A stretch of 64,000 bases of DNA from Clostridia bacterium (GCA_045652745.1 JAZRUW010000009.1:23865-87864); one strand, 5' to 3'. Positions 19,004-30,264 are shown, counted from the first letter of the stretch. Notes: generated by a model from the letters alone, not told the origin. Translations and numbers: made by a program.

Positions 19004-19292
19004 ATGGCATATAAATTGGGATTGACGTCGGTTTCGTTTTGAAACCATTCCCCTGAAGAGATTTTGAAGGCGATGCAAGGTGCCGGCTTGTCTGTGATTG
19101 AGCGGGGAAGTGATGTGCATGTTTTCAACTGGAGCGAAGATGGAAAATATCCGCTCTCGGATGCGAAAGATGTGTGGAAAAAGTATCTTTCTTGCTTTGC
19201 GGAGAACAAAACGCTGCTATCGGAATTTATGCCGGACGGCAAGTTGGACACTTAAAAAAAGAAACGCAAGCATAAAAGAAATCGCAAGATAA
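19004..19292 (+). pseudogene. Decayed sugar-phosphate isomerase/epimerase (xylose-isomerase-like TIM barrel) gene
   Basis: MAYKLGLTSVSF*NHSPEEILKAMQGAGLSVIERGSDVHVFNW...LLSEFMPDGKLDT*. In-frame TGA at 19040, a large apparent internal deletion, and 3' frameshifts. Confidence 0.65.
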
Positions 19293-19322
19293 TTAAAATT
19301 TTTATATAAAGGAGAGAAGGAA

Positions 19323-19781
19323 ATGATTTTTGACAACGTTAAAAACTGCGAGATGTACTATGGGGTGCACCCGAACTTCGAAAAGGCCTTTGCGTTCATT
19401 CAAAAGGCGTTTGAAGAAAATTTGCCGGTCGGCAAATATGAAATTGACGACAAAGAAGTTTTTGCCTCTGTGCAGGAGTATACCTCCAAACTCAAGGAAA
19501 ACAGCGGGTTTGAGGGGCATAAAAATTACATAGACATTCAGTGCATTATGGCAGGTCGCGAAATTATGGGCTGCGTGGAAATTTCGGGCGCGGCAATCAA
19601 AAAGGAGTACAATGCCGAAAGAGATGTTGCCATTTATGAAAAAAATGAGTTTGCGACCTACTGCGTAGCCGGTAAAGGTGATTTTTGCATTTTCTATCCG
19701 CACGACATCCACAGTCCGGGCGTAGCCTATAACGACGTACCGTGTGAGATGAAAAAAATTGTTGTAAAAGTACATATATGA
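19323..19781 (+). CDS. YhcH/YjgK/YiaL family protein
   Basis: FEGHKNYIDIQ, FCIFYPHDIHSP and KKIVVKV motifs. Confidence 0.9.
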   Translation: MIFDNVKNCEMYYGVHPNFEKAFAFIQKAFEENLPVGKYEIDDKEVFASVQEYTSKLKENSGFEGHKNYIDIQCIMAGREIMGCVEISGAAIKKEYNAERDVAIYEKNEFATYCVAGKGDFCIFYPHDIHSPGVAYNDVPCEMKKIVVKVHI

Positions 19782-19810
19782 TTGAAAAGTAGGGGAAAGG
19801 AGTTTTTGAT

Positions 19811-20344
19811 ATGTCGAATATCTGGCATGATATTTCGCCGAAAAGAATACAGGCGGAGGATTTTATATGTGTAATTGAAATTTCCAAGGGCAGCAAGAAA
19901 AAATATGAACTGGATAAGGAAACGGGTTATCTGATGCTGGACAGAATTTTATACACATCGACGCATTATCCGGCAAATTACGGTTTTATTCCCCGTACCT
20001 ACGGCGATGATAACGACCCGCTGGATGTGTTGTTATTGTGTTCCGAGCAAATAGAACCGATGACCTTGGTGCGCGCCTATCCCATTGGCGTAATCACTAT
20101 GATAGACAACGGACGCAGTGACGAAAAAATTATAGCCATTCCTTTCAGTGATCCGAATTATAATGTTTATAAGGATATCAGCGAGTTGCCGAAACATGTT
20201 TTTGACGAGATGAAGCATTTTTTCACGGTCTACAAAAATCTTGAAAACAAAGACACTGCCGTGGATGAAGTCAGCGGGAAGGCGGAATCTGTGAAAATTA
20301 TTGAGCAGGCTATCGATAATTACATAGAAAATTTCTGCAAGTAA
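19811..20344 (+). CDS. ppa: Inorganic pyrophosphatase (family I)
   Basis: KKYELDKE, DRILY, YPANYGFIPRT and DNDPLDV motifs. Confidence 0.93.
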   Translation: MSNIWHDISPKRIQAEDFICVIEISKGSKKKYELDKETGYLMLDRILYTSTHYPANYGFIPRTYGDDNDPLDVLLLCSEQIEPMTLVRAYPIGVITMIDNGRSDEKIIAIPFSDPNYNVYKDISELPKHVFDEMKHFFTVYKNLENKDTAVDEVSGKAESVKIIEQAIDNYIENFCK

Positions 20345-20395
20345 TGCATATAATTTATCGTGTGAACCGGTGGACGAATGCACAGGAGAAACATT

Positions 20396-22543
20396 ATGGA
20401 TATGGTACAGATTTTAGCAAAAGAATTTGAAATGAAGGAAAATCACGTTGCCAACATCATTGAACTTATTGACGGCGGCAATACGATTCCGTTTATTGCG
20501 CGTTACCGCAAAGAAATGACGGGTGCGTGTGATGACCAGAAACTGCGTGAACTTTCCGAGCGTCTTGCATATTTGCGCAATTTAGAAAAGCGCAAGGAAG
20601 AAATTATTGCATCCATCACCGAGCAGGAGAAAATGACGGATACACTGATGGCGCAAATTGCTGAGGCGCAGACATTGGCGCGCTTGGAAGACATTTACCG
20701 CCCGTACAAGCCGCACCGCCGCACGAGAGCGACGATGGCAAAGGAAAAGGGATTAGAGCCGCTTGCCGATGTCATTTGGGCGCAGGACGGCGCGGATGTG
20801 TATGCCCTTGCCGAGCAATTTGTGAACGAAGAAAAAGAGGTTTTGAGCGTTGAAGATGCGATTGCAGGCGCAAAGGATATCGTGGCAGAGCGCATGAGCG
20901 ACGATGCCGCCTGCCGTGATGTACTGCGCCGTTTTATCGGCAAAACCGCCTTCTTGGTGTCGACCTCCGATGCCGAAGAAGAGGGCGTATATGCGATGTA
21001 TTACAACTACCGCGAGTCGGCCCATAAAATTCCGGGGCATCGCATCTTGGCGGTCAACCGCGGTGAAAAGGAATCTGTGTTGAAAGTCAGCATTGAAGTT
21101 GATGAGGTAGCGTGCATATCCAAAATGGAAAAGCAGTTCATCTCAGGCACGGGCGTAGCGCAGGATTTGATGCGCGGGGCGGCAGAGGATGCGTATAAGC
21201 GATTGATTTTTCCGTCGCTTGAGCGTGAACTGCGCGCGGCGCTGACCGAAAAGGCAGCCGCCGGGGCGATTTCTGTATTCGGACTCAATCTGAAGGCGCT
21301 TTTGATGCAACCGCCGATTCAGGGAAAAACCGTGCTCGGTCTGGATCCGGCATACAGAACAGGTTGCAAGATTGCGGTTGTGGACAAAACGGGTAAACTT
21401 TTAGATTGGACGGTGATTTATCCGACACCGCCGCAAAACAAAATCGAAGAAGCCAAGGCAAAATTAAAGGCATTGATTGAAAAATATGATGTAGATGTGA
21501 TTTCCATCGGCAACGGTACGGCATCGAAAGAGTCGGAAATCTTTGTGGCCGAGCTCATCGGTGAAATTGATAAAAACGTGCAGTATATGGTGGTCAATGA
21601 GGCAGGTGCTTCGGTGTATTCCGCCTCTAAACTCGGAGCGCAGGAATTTCCGGACCACGATGTAGCGGTGCGCAGTGCCGTTTCGATTGCGCGTCGTTTG
21701 CAGGATCCGCTTGCGGAACTCGTGAAAATCGACCCGAAATCCATCGGTGTAGGACAGTATCAGCACGATATGCCGCCTAAGGAGCTTGATGCGGCGCTCG
21801 GCGGTGTGGTTGAGGCGAGTGTAAATACCGTCGGTGTTGATGTCAACACCGCATCGCCGTCTCTTTTATCCTATGTGTCCGGCCTTTCGGCAGCAACTGC
21901 GAAAAATGTCGTAGCTTATCGCGAGGAAATCGGCGAATTTACGGCGAGAACACAGCTCAAGAAGGTGGCAAAGCTCGGCCCGAAAGCGTACGAGCAGTGC
22001 GCAGGTTTCTTGCGTATTCCGGGCGCGAAGAATATTTTGGACAATACGGCGGTGCATCCGGAAAGTTATGCGGCGGCGGAAATGCTTTTGGCGCATTTCG
22101 GTTACAGTGCAAAGGATGTGTCCGCAGGTAATCTCGGCGAACTGGAAGCGAAAATTAAGGCGGAAGGCGAAACGAAGGTTGCGCAAATTTGCGGCATCGG
22201 TGTGCCGACCCTGCGTGACATTGCTGCGGAACTTATACGTCCGGGCAGAGATATGCGCGACGATTTGCCTGCGCCGATGCTTCGAAGCGATGTCATGGAT
22301 TTAAACGATTTAAAACCGGGCATGGAAATGAAAGGCACGGTGCGCAATGTTATCGACTTCGGTGTATTTGTCGATATCGGTGTACATCAGGATGGTTTGG
22401 TGCATATTTCGCAGATTACCGACCGCTATATCAAGCATCCGTCCGAGGTATTAAAAGTGGGCGATGTGGTGACGGTATATGTCATTTCGGTCGATGCACA
22501 AAGAAAGAGAATTGCTCTTACGATGAAAAAACAGAACGCATAA
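20396..22543 (+). CDS. tex: Tex-family RNA-binding transcription accessory protein
   Basis: GNTIPFIARYRKE, YqgF-like GLDPAYRTGCK, HhH region and a C-terminal S1 domain. Confidence 0.95.
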   Translation: MDMVQILAKEFEMKENHVANIIELIDGGNTIPFIARYRKEMTGACDDQKLRELSERLAYLRNLEKRKEEIIASITEQEKMTDTLMAQIAEAQTLARLEDIYRPYKPHRRTRATMAKEKGLEPLADVIWAQDGADVYALAEQFVNEEKEVLSVEDAIAGAKDIVAERMSDDAACRDVLRRFIGKTAFLVSTSDAEEEGVYAMYYNYRESAHKIPGHRILAVNRGEKESVLKVSIEVDEVACISKMEKQFISGTGVAQDLMRGAAEDAYKRLIFPSLERELRAALTEKAAAGAISVFGLNLKALLMQPPIQGKTVLGLDPAYRTGCKIAVVDKTGKLLDWTVIYPTPPQNKIEEAKAKLKALIEKYDVDVISIGNGTASKESEIFVAELIGEIDKNVQYMVVNEAGASVYSASKLGAQEFPDHDVAVRSAVSIARRLQDPLAELVKIDPKSIGVGQYQHDMPPKELDAALGGVVEASVNTVGVDVNTASPSLLSYVSGLSAATAKNVVAYREEIGEFTARTQLKKVAKLGPKAYEQCAGFLRIPGAKNILDNTAVHPESYAAAEMLLAHFGYSAKDVSAGNLGELEAKIKAEGETKVAQICGIGVPTLRDIAAELIRPGRDMRDDLPAPMLRSDVMDLNDLKPGMEMKGTVRNVIDFGVFVDIGVHQDGLVHISQITDRYIKHPSEVLKVGDVVTVYVISVDAQRKRIALTMKKQNA

Positions 22544-22547
22544 TCCG

Positions 22548-22583
22548 ATGTCCGTGAAAGAAGGTTTCTTTCGCGGACATTTT
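22548..22583 (+). terminator. Intrinsic terminator after tex
   Basis: ATGTCCGTGAAAGAA / TTCTTTCGCGGACAT followed by Ts. Confidence 0.6.
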
Positions 22584-22591
22584 CATAAGGC

Positions 22592-22620
22592 TTGCTTTTT
22601 TGTTGAAAAACGTGTATAAT
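22592..22620 (+). promoter_or_regulatory. Sigma-A-like promoter for the Lrp-aminotransferase operon
   Basis: TTGCTT-17bp-TATAAT. Confidence 0.6.
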
Positions 22621-22661
22621 AAATTAAATTCTCCTGTTTGGAGCGGAAAGGATGAACTTTC

Positions 22662-23141
22662 ATGGAAAAAATTTTGGAATTATTGGAAGAGAACAGCAGA
22701 TTAACGGCTGAGCAGATTGCCGTAATGATAGACGAAACACCGGAGGCGGTCGCGGCCGCCATTAAGTCCTTGGAAAAGGACAAAACAATTTTAGGTTACA
22801 GAACATTGGTCAACTGGGAAAAGACGATGAAGGAATCCGTCAGTGCTTTAATCGAAGTGAAGGTTACGCCGCAGATGGGCGAGGGCTTTGATAAGATTGC
22901 AAAGCGCATTTACCAGTATGCCGAGGTGCAGAGTGTCTATTTGATGAGCGGCGGCTTTGATTTGTGTGTTATGATTGAGGGCAAAACCTTAAAAGAGGTT
23001 GCGCTTTTTGTCTCCGAAAAGCTTTCACCGATGGATTCTGTACTGAGCACAGCAACGCATTTTGTGCTTAAAAAATACAAAGACGCCGGTGTAATCTTTC
23101 AGGTGGACAGCGGCGATGAGAGAAGGATGATTACATTATGA
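22662..23141 (+). CDS. Lrp/AsnC-family transcriptional regulator
   Basis: N-terminal HTH (LEENSRLTAEQIA) and C-terminal RAM domain (VYLMSGGFDL). Confidence 0.92.
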   Translation: MEKILELLEENSRLTAEQIAVMIDETPEAVAAAIKSLEKDKTILGYRTLVNWEKTMKESVSALIEVKVTPQMGEGFDKIAKRIYQYAEVQSVYLMSGGFDLCVMIEGKTLKEVALFVSEKLSPMDSVLSTATHFVLKKYKDAGVIFQVDSGDERRMITL

Positions 23142-24316
23142 GCCATTTTGACGTGGAGGCGCTCATTTCGCCTGTTGTCAAAAACATTCGCCCGTCGGGC
23201 ATTCGAAAATATTTTGATATTGCAAACGAAATGGAAGATGTGATTTCCCTCGGCGTGGGTGAGCCGGACTTTGTAACGCCGGCGCATATCCGTAACGCAG
23301 GAATCACATCGTTGGAAAACGGACATACCTATTACACGGCAAATTCCGGTTTGAAGGAATTGAAAACGGAGATTGCCAAATATTTAAGCAGGCGTTTTGA
23401 TTTGAAATACGACGGCGCATCCCAGGTGCTTGTTACGGTGGGTGGCAGTGAAGCGATTGATTTGGCACTTCGTGCAATTATCCAGCCGGGCGACGAGGTA
23501 TTGGTGCCGGAGCCGAGTTTTGTGTGCTACAAACCGGATGCACAACTGGCCGGCGCGGTGGCTGTGCCGCTGGAAACCTATGAAAAGGACGGCTTTGCTT
23601 TAACGCCGGAGATTTTAAAGGCGGCGATTACGCCGAAAACCAAGGCACTGATTTTGCCGTATCCGAACAACCCGACCGGCGGTATTATGACCAAGGCGCA
23701 GGTGGAGGCCATTGCCGAGGTTTTAAAAGATACGAACATTTTTGTGATTTCCGATGAAATTTATGCGGAACTGACCTATGGCGACAACAAGCATTTTTCA
23801 ATTGCAGCTTTGCCGGAAATGTATGACCGCACGATTTTGGTGAGCGGTTTTTCCAAGGCCTATGCGATGACCGGTTGGCGTCTCGGCTATGCGTGCGCGC
23901 ATCCGGCACTGATTAAGCAGATGACGAAAATCCACCAGTATGCGATTATGTGCTCGCCGACGGTAAGCCAGTATGCGGCGATTGAGGCGCTCAAAAACGG
24001 CGACGAGGACATTGAAAAGATGAAGACGGAGTATAATCACCGCCGCAAGTTTATCGTAAATGGTTTTCGCACAATCGGGCTCGATTGCTTTGAACCGCTC
24101 GGTGCGTTTTACGTGTTCCCGTGCATTCAATCGACCGGCCTTTCTTCGGATGATTTTTGCGAGCAACTACTTTTGGAACAAAGGGTTGCCGTGGTCGGCG
24201 GTACGGCGTTCGGCGACTGTGGTGAAGGCTTTATTCGTTGTTCGTATGCGTACGGACTTGATAGCATTGCGGAAGCACTTGACAGGATGGAACTGTTCTT
24301 AAAGAAATTCAAATAA
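23138..24316 (+). CDS. PLP-dependent aminotransferase class I/II
   Basis: SLGVGEPDF, PNNPTG, SDEIY and SKAYAMTGWRLGY motifs. Confidence 0.93.
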   Translation: MSHFDVEALISPVVKNIRPSGIRKYFDIANEMEDVISLGVGEPDFVTPAHIRNAGITSLENGHTYYTANSGLKELKTEIAKYLSRRFDLKYDGASQVLVTVGGSEAIDLALRAIIQPGDEVLVPEPSFVCYKPDAQLAGAVAVPLETYEKDGFALTPEILKAAITPKTKALILPYPNNPTGGIMTKAQVEAIAEVLKDTNIFVISDEIYAELTYGDNKHFSIAALPEMYDRTILVSGFSKAYAMTGWRLGYACAHPALIKQMTKIHQYAIMCSPTVSQYAAIEALKNGDEDIEKMKTEYNHRRKFIVNGFRTIGLDCFEPLGAFYVFPCIQSTGLSSDDFCEQLLLEQRVAVVGGTAFGDCGEGFIRCSYAYGLDSIAEALDRMELFLKKFK

Positions 24317-24317
24317 T

Positions 24318-24348
24318 AAAATATGCACCCACCGGGTGCATATTTTTT
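24318..24348 (+). terminator. Intrinsic terminator
   Basis: AAAATATGCACCC / GGGTGCATATTTT followed by Ts. Confidence 0.75.
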
Positions 24349-24360
24349 ATTTGAAAACAG

Positions 24361-24389
24361 GTGACAAAACGGAAAAGCCGTGATATAAT
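24361..24389 (+). promoter_or_regulatory. Sigma-A-like promoter for lepA-hemW
   Basis: GTGACA-17bp-TATAAT. Confidence 0.65.
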
Positions 24390-24433
24390 AAACTATCTAT
24401 TTATGTGAAATTTTAAAGGAAAGGATTTTCCGC

Positions 24434-26233
24434 ATGCAAAAGAACATTCGAAATTTTTCTATTGTTGCACATATTGACCACGGTAAATCCACGCTGGCTG
24501 ACCGCCTTTTGGAAAACACGGGTGAGGTTGAACAGAGAGATATGGAAAGCCAGCTTCTGGACAATATGGATTTGGAGCGTGAGCGCGGTATTACAATCAA
24601 GGCGCGCGCCGTGCGCTTAAACTACCGTGCAGAAGACGGGCAGGACTATGTTTTAAACTTAATTGACACGCCGGGACACGTGGACTTTAACTACGAAGTA
24701 TCGCGCAGTTTGGCGGCCTGCGAGGGTGCAATTTTGGTTGTCGATGCTTCGCAAGGTATCGAGGCGCAGACCCTTGCCAATACGTATCTTGCGCTCGAGC
24801 ACGACTTGGAGATTGTGCCGGTTATCAACAAAATCGACCTGCCGGCGGCAAGACCGGAAATGGTGAAAAACGAGATTGAAGATGTTATCGGCATTGAGGC
24901 ACAGGATGCGCCGCTGATTTCGGCAAAAAACAATATCAACATTCCGGCAGTTTTGGAAGAGATTGTGAAGCGTGTGCCGCCGCCGGAGGGCGATGCGAGT
25001 GCACCTTTGCAGGCGCTTATATTTGACTCCTACTATGACAGTTACAAAGGCGTTATTGTCTATGTGCGTATCAAGGAGGGTTCAATCAAGGCGGGCCAGA
25101 CCATTTTGATGATGGCGACGGGTGCCAAGTATGAGGTTGTGGAAGTCGGCTACTTAAAGCCGGTGGGCATGCAGAGAGCCGACAGCCTTTCTGCGGGCGA
25201 GGTTGGCTATATTGCGGCGAGCATCAAGTCGATGAAGGATGCGCGCGTGGGCGATACGGTGACAACTACTGACCGTCCGGCAAAAGAGCCGCTGACGGGC
25301 TACCGTGATGTACAGCCGATGGTGTTCTGCGGTATTTATCCGGCAGACGGCGCAAAGTACAATGACTTAAATGATGCGCTTTTGAAGCTGCAGTTAAACG
25401 ATGCTTCTTTGGTATTTGAGCCGGAGACATCCGTAGCGCTGGGTTTTGGTTTCCGTTGCGGCTTTTTGGGACTTTTGCATATGGAAATTATTCAGGAGCG
25501 TTTAGAGCGCGAGTATAACCTTGATTTGGTCACGACTGCGCCGAGTGTTGTGTATAAGGTGAAAAAGACCAACGGCGAATATTTTGATATTTCCAATCCG
25601 ACCAATCTGCCGCCGGCTGCGGAGATTGAGTATATGGAAGAGCCGATGGTGAAAGCGGACATTATGGTGCCGAAAGACTATGTCGGCAACATTATGGAGC
25701 TTTGTCAGGACAGACGCGGCGTGTACAAGGATATGCAGTACATTGATGCCGACCGCGTGTCGCTCCACTACGATATGCCGCTCAATGAAATTATCTACGA
25801 CTTTTTTGATGCACTTAAATCGCGCACGCGCGGGTATGCATCCTTTGACTATGAACTCTACGGTTATCAGCGTTCGGATTTGGTAAAACTCGATATGCTC
25901 TTAAACGGCGACATGGTCGATGCGCTTTCGTTTATCGTGCACAGAGAAAAATCCTATACGCGCGGCAGAAAGATTGCGGAAAAACTCAAGGAAGCGATTC
26001 CGCGTCAACTCTTTGAAGTGCCGATTCAGGCGGCCATCGGCGGTAAAATTATCGCAAGAGAAACCGTGAAGGCAATGCGCAAAGACGTGCTTGCAAAGTG
26101 CTACGGCGGCGACATTACCCGTAAAAAGAAACTTTTAGAAAAGCAGAAGGAAGGTAAAAAGCGTATGCGCCAGGTGGGCAGTGTAGAACTGCCGCAGGAG
26201 GCGTTTATGTCGGTGCTGAAACTCGATGAATAA
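24434..26233 (+). CDS. lepA: Translation elongation factor 4
   Basis: [28 protein letters not shown] and [29 protein letters not shown]. Confidence 0.98.
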   Translation: MQKNIRNFSIVAHIDHGKSTLADRLLENTGEVEQRDMESQLLDNMDLERERGITIKARAVRLNYRAEDGQDYVLNLIDTPGHVDFNYEVSRSLAACEGAILVVDASQGIEAQTLANTYLALEHDLEIVPVINKIDLPAARPEMVKNEIEDVIGIEAQDAPLISAKNNINIPAVLEEIVKRVPPPEGDASAPLQALIFDSYYDSYKGVIVYVRIKEGSIKAGQTILMMATGAKYEVVEVGYLKPVGMQRADSLSAGEVGYIAASIKSMKDARVGDTVTTTDRPAKEPLTGYRDVQPMVFCGIYPADGAKYNDLNDALLKLQLNDASLVFEPETSVALGFGFRCGFLGLLHMEIIQERLEREYNLDLVTTAPSVVYKVKKTNGEYFDISNPTNLPPAAEIEYMEEPMVKADIMVPKDYVGNIMELCQDRRGVYKDMQYIDADRVSLHYDMPLNEIIYDFFDALKSRTRGYASFDYELYGYQRSDLVKLDMLLNGDMVDALSFIVHREKSYTRGRKIAEKLKEAIPRQLFEVPIQAAIGGKIIARETVKAMRKDVLAKCYGGDITRKKKLLEKQKEGKKRMRQVGSVELPQEAFMSVLKLDE

Positions 26234-27344
26234 TTTCGGTTTATATCTTCATATTCCGTTTTGCATCCAAAAGTGTGCCTATTGTGACTTTTTGTCCGCA
26301 CCGGCCTTGCCGGAAGTGCGCGAAGCGTATGTAAATGCGTTGGTACACGAAATCCAAATGCAACCGTCGCAAACGCTCGATACGGTATTTTTTGGCGGTG
26401 GTACGCCGAGTTTGCTGAGTGAAAAACAGGTAGAGCGGATTTTAAATGCGATATACACGCATCATGCGGTAGCGGCGCAGGCGGAAATCAGTTTGGAATG
26501 TAACCCTGCCACGGCAGATGAAACCAAACTGCGCACCTTTCGGAAACTGGGCATCAACCGCCTGAGCATCGGGGTGCAGAGTTTTTCGGAGGCAGAGCTA
26601 AAATTGCTCGGACGTGCGCACGATAGCGCACAGGCCAAGGCGTGTATTGAAGATGCCCATACGGCAGGCTTTGAAAATATCAATCTTGACTTGATGAGCG
26701 GTTTGCCGCATCAGACCTTGATGTCTTGGGAAAACACCCTGCAAACGGCGCTTTCGTTTGCGCCGAAGCACATCAGCGCCTATTCGCTGATTGTCGAACC
26801 GGGGACGCCGTTTGAAAAACGGTACGCAGACGGCAAGGATTTGCCTAAAGAGGATGCGGAGCGCAAAATGTATGCGCGTACGGCTGAAATTTTGGCGCAA
26901 AACGGGCTTGAGCGCTACGAAATTTCCAACTATGCACAGCCGGGGTACGAAAGTCGACACAATTTAAAATACTGGCATTGCAGTCCGTATCTGGCGGCAG
27001 GCCTTGGTGCGCACGGGTTTGACGGGCAGAAACGTACGGAAAATGTGTGTGATTTAAAAACTTATTTAGATTTCATTTCACAAAATAAATTGCCGGCGGC
27101 GTGCGAAACCGTACTTTCGAAAGATGACCTTGCAAGCGAATGTATTATAATGGGTTTGCGTTTAAACGAAGGAATATCCCTTGCGGCATTTTCGGAAAAA
27201 TTCGGTTACGATTTATACGAAAAGCACAAAGCCAAACTGGATATGTATATCCGCGGCGGATTTATGCGCAAAGATGCAGACAGACTTTGCTTTACCGACA
27301 GCGGTATCTGCGTAAGCAATTCGATACTATGTGAACTGATTTAA
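26226..27344 (+). CDS. hemW: Radical SAM heme chaperone HemW (HemN-like)
   Basis: [25 protein letters not shown] and YEISNY motifs; follows lepA. Confidence 0.9.
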   Translation: MNNFGLYLHIPFCIQKCAYCDFLSAPALPEVREAYVNALVHEIQMQPSQTLDTVFFGGGTPSLLSEKQVERILNAIYTHHAVAAQAEISLECNPATADETKLRTFRKLGINRLSIGVQSFSEAELKLLGRAHDSAQAKACIEDAHTAGFENINLDLMSGLPHQTLMSWENTLQTALSFAPKHISAYSLIVEPGTPFEKRYADGKDLPKEDAERKMYARTAEILAQNGLERYEISNYAQPGYESRHNLKYWHCSPYLAAGLGAHGFDGQKRTENVCDLKTYLDFISQNKLPAACETVLSKDDLASECIIMGLRLNEGISLAAFSEKFGYDLYEKHKAKLDMYIRGGFMRKDADRLCFTDSGICVSNSILCELI

Positions 27345-27370
27345 AAAAGACGGACATTCCGTCTTTTTTT
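27343..27370 (+). terminator. Intrinsic terminator
   Basis: AAAAAAGACGGA / TCCGTCTTTTTT. Confidence 0.75.
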
Positions 27371-27432
27371 ATTTTCATAAAATGTTTAAAACTGTCCATA
27401 CTACCAATATCAACTTTTTTGGAGGGTGTAGT

Positions 27433-29472
27433 ATGAAAGATAAAATTTTCGGCGTATTACAAAGAGTCGGGCGCTCATTTATGCTTCCGATTGCAATTTT
27501 GCCGGTCGCAGGTCTGCTTTTGGGTATCGGCAGCTCGTTTACCAATCAGACGATGCTGGAGGCGTACAATTTAACCGGTATCATCTATCCGGGCAGTCTT
27601 TTGTATACCGTGCTCGATATTATGAGTAAGGCCGGCAGTGCGGTGTTTGACAATCTGGCGCTTTTATTTGCTATCGGTGTTGCTATTGGTATGGCCAAAA
27701 AGGAAAAAGAGGTGGCGGCGCTTTCGAGTGTTGTGGCATTTTTAATTATGCATACCACCATTTTTGCCCTGATTAACGCCAACGGCGGTGCGCAGAGTAT
27801 GCTTGTCAATTCAACGGCGAGTGTGCTCGGTATTACCACGCTGCAGATGGGTGTGTTCGGCGGTATCATTGTCGGTCTTGGTGTAGCGGCGCTGCACAAT
27901 CGTTTTTATAAAATCCAACTGCCGCCGGTGCTTGCCTTTTTCGGCGGTACGCGTTTTGTGCCGATTATTTCGGCGTTGGTGTATGTCGTGGTCGGCATTT
28001 TGCTGTTTTTTATCTGGCCGCTGATTCAAAGAGGTATTTCCATGCTCGGTAATTTGGTGCTTGCTTCGGGCTATGCGGGCACGTGGATTTACGGTATCAT
28101 TGAGCGTGCGCTCATTCCGTTCGGTTTGCACCATGTGTTTTATATTCCGTTCTGGCAGACGAGCGTGGGCGGCAGTGCGGTGATTGACGGCGTGCTCGTA
28201 CAGGGTGCACAAAACATTTATTTTGCTGAGTTGGCATCGAAAAATACCGTATTTTTCAATACAGAGGCAACACGTTTTATGGCGGGTAAATTCCCGTTTA
28301 TGATTTTCGGTCTGCCGGGTGCCGCACTTGCGATGTATCAATGCGCAAAATCCGAACGCCGCAAGGTGGCAGGCAGTTTGCTTTTGTCAGCGGCACTCAC
28401 TGCGATGCTGACGGGTATCACCGAGCCGCTGGAATTTACGTTCATTTTCGTCGCGCCGCTGATGTATGCGGTACACTGTGTGCTTGCCGGCCTTTCGTTT
28501 ATGCTTATGCACATTCTGCGTGTCGGCGTGGGTATGACATTTTCCGGCGGTGTGATTGACTTAACGCTGTTTGGTATTTTGCAGGGCAATGCCAAAACGA
28601 ACTGGATTTATATTGTGCTGGTCGGCATTGTGTATTTCTTCCTTTATTGGGGCGTATTTACCTTTATGATTCGAAAGTTTAACTATAAAACACCGGGTCG
28701 AGAGGATGAAGGGGAAGAAACGAAACTTTATACCCGTAAAGATGTGGAGGCGGCCAAGCAGGAGGGCGCACAGTCTGCGCTGATAGTAAAAGGTTTAGGT
28801 GGCAAGGAAAACATTGCCGATGTCGATTGTTGTGCTACGCGTCTGCGCATCACCGTAAAAGACGGCAGTAAGGTGTCGGATGCCCTGTTAAAGCAGAGCG
28901 GCGCAAGCGGTGTCATTCACAAGGGCAACGGTGTGCAGGTGATTTACGGACCGACGGTCACGGTGGTAAAATCCAATTTAGAAGATTATCTGGAGATGCA
29001 TGTGGAAACGCAGACGGGCATTTGCACGCTCGGCGCATATGCCGACGGCAAAGTGGTGGATTTGAAAAAAGTGGAGGATGAGGTATTCAGCCAGGGTATT
29101 TTAGGGCAGGGCATTGCCATAGAGCCGACACAAGGCGTCATATATGCGCCGTGCGATGCTACAGTTTCCAATGTGGTTGACTCCAAACATGCCATTGGTT
29201 TGAAAACCGCGGAGGGCTTTGAACTTTTAATTCATGTCGGCATTGATACGGTCAATTTGAAAGGCAAGTATTTTGAGTATGCGGTTTCAAACGGGGAGTC
29301 GGTGCGCAAGGGCGATGTGCTCATCCGCTTCGACAAAGCGGCGATTGAAAAGGCGGGATATAAGACGGTTACACCGCTTGTGATTGCAGATGCAGACGGG
29401 TATAAGGGCTTAAATGTCGTTGCGGACGGTGCGGTGAAGCACGGTGAGGCTTTGCTTGAAATTTTGTACTGA
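27433..29472 (+). CDS. PTS glucose-family transporter EIICBA
   Basis: LQRVGRSFMLPIAILP, GITEPLEF, IIB DCCATRLR and IIA LIHVGIDTV motifs. Confidence 0.92.
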   Translation: MKDKIFGVLQRVGRSFMLPIAILPVAGLLLGIGSSFTNQTMLEAYNLTGIIYPGSLLYTVLDIMSKAGSAVFDNLALLFAIGVAIGMAKKEKEVAALSSVVAFLIMHTTIFALINANGGAQSMLVNSTASVLGITTLQMGVFGGIIVGLGVAALHNRFYKIQLPPVLAFFGGTRFVPIISALVYVVVGILLFFIWPLIQRGISMLGNLVLASGYAGTWIYGIIERALIPFGLHHVFYIPFWQTSVGGSAVIDGVLVQGAQNIYFAELASKNTVFFNTEATRFMAGKFPFMIFGLPGAALAMYQCAKSERRKVAGSLLLSAALTAMLTGITEPLEFTFIFVAPLMYAVHCVLAGLSFMLMHILRVGVGMTFSGGVIDLTLFGILQGNAKTNWIYIVLVGIVYFFLYWGVFTFMIRKFNYKTPGREDEGEETKLYTRKDVEAAKQEGAQSALIVKGLGGKENIADVDCCATRLRITVKDGSKVSDALLKQSGASGVIHKGNGVQVIYGPTVTVVKSNLEDYLEMHVETQTGICTLGAYADGKVVDLKKVEDEVFSQGILGQGIAIEPTQGVIYAPCDATVSNVVDSKHAIGLKTAEGFELLIHVGIDTVNLKGKYFEYAVSNGESVRKGDVLIRFDKAAIEKAGYKTVTPLVIADADGYKGLNVVADGAVKHGEALLEILY

Positions 29473-29476
29473 TAGC

Positions 29477-29511
29477 AAAAACGGATGGTTTGAATAAAAC
29501 CATCCGTTTTT
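29477..29511. terminator. Bidirectional intrinsic terminator
   Basis: AAAAACGGATGGTTT / AAACCATCCGTTTTT between convergent genes. Confidence 0.8.
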
Positions 29512-30150
29512 CTATTTCAATACTTTTTTGCAATACGTACTTACGGGGCATATGTCGCATTTGGGATTGCGTACGCAAAATTCACGACCGAGATAAACGA
29601 TGCGGTGGCAAAAATCACTGCCCATGCCGGGCGGCATGATTTTCCAAAGTTCCATTTCGATTTTGGTCGGGTCTGTTTGCTTGGTTAATCCCATGCGGTA
29701 GGTGATACGCTTGCAGTGTGTATCGACCACAATGGCATCGCCGCCGAAGCAGTCGCCGATTAAAAGATTGGCAATTTTTCGGCCGACGCCGGGCAGGGAG
29801 GTTAATTCCTCCATCGTGCGCGGCACTTTGCCGCCGAAGTCTGCCATGATTTTTTGCGCCGAGCCGACAATGTTTTGTGCCTTGTGGTTAAAAAAGCCGG
29901 TAGAGCGGATGTACGGCATCACATCCTCCGGCGATGCTGCGGCAAAATCCGCAATTTCCGGAAACTGCGCAAACAGCGCCGGTGTGACCATATTCACACG
30001 TTTGTCGGTGCACTGTGTCGCTAAAATTGCCGAAACAAGCAGTTTCCACGGATCAGTTGCATTATCTAAGGAACATACCGCATCGGGGTACGCTTTTTGT
30101 AAATCCTGCGCGAGCAGGAGAAGTCTTTCTTTTTTTGTCATATACATCAC
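29512..30150 (-). CDS. nth: Endonuclease III
   Basis: ILATQCTDKRVN, LPGVGRKIAN, VDTH and C-x5-C-x2-C-x5-C Fe-S motif. Confidence 0.95.
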   Translation of the reverse strand: MMYMTKKERLLLLAQDLQKAYPDAVCSLDNATDPWKLLVSAILATQCTDKRVNMVTPALFAQFPEIADFAAASPEDVMPYIRSTGFFNHKAQNIVGSAQKIMADFGGKVPRTMEELTSLPGVGRKIANLLIGDCFGGDAIVVDTHCKRITYRMGLTKQTDPTKIEMELWKIMPPGMGSDFCHRIVYLGREFCVRNPKCDICPVSTYCKKVLK

Positions 30151-30264
30151 CGATTTCTATTTTAGCATAAGGCAAGGAAAAAGTAAAGAATGTCGAAAAG
30201 TCTTGCGAAATGTTTAAGAATATAGTATAATATGAATATCTATAATGTTAAGGAGTGACAGTAC

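Noticed and set aside
19040-19042. In-frame TGA as selenocysteine or an alternative genetic code
   Set aside because: TGA is used as a normal stop in many genes here, no SECIS-like hairpin is evident, and the same ORF has other lesions.
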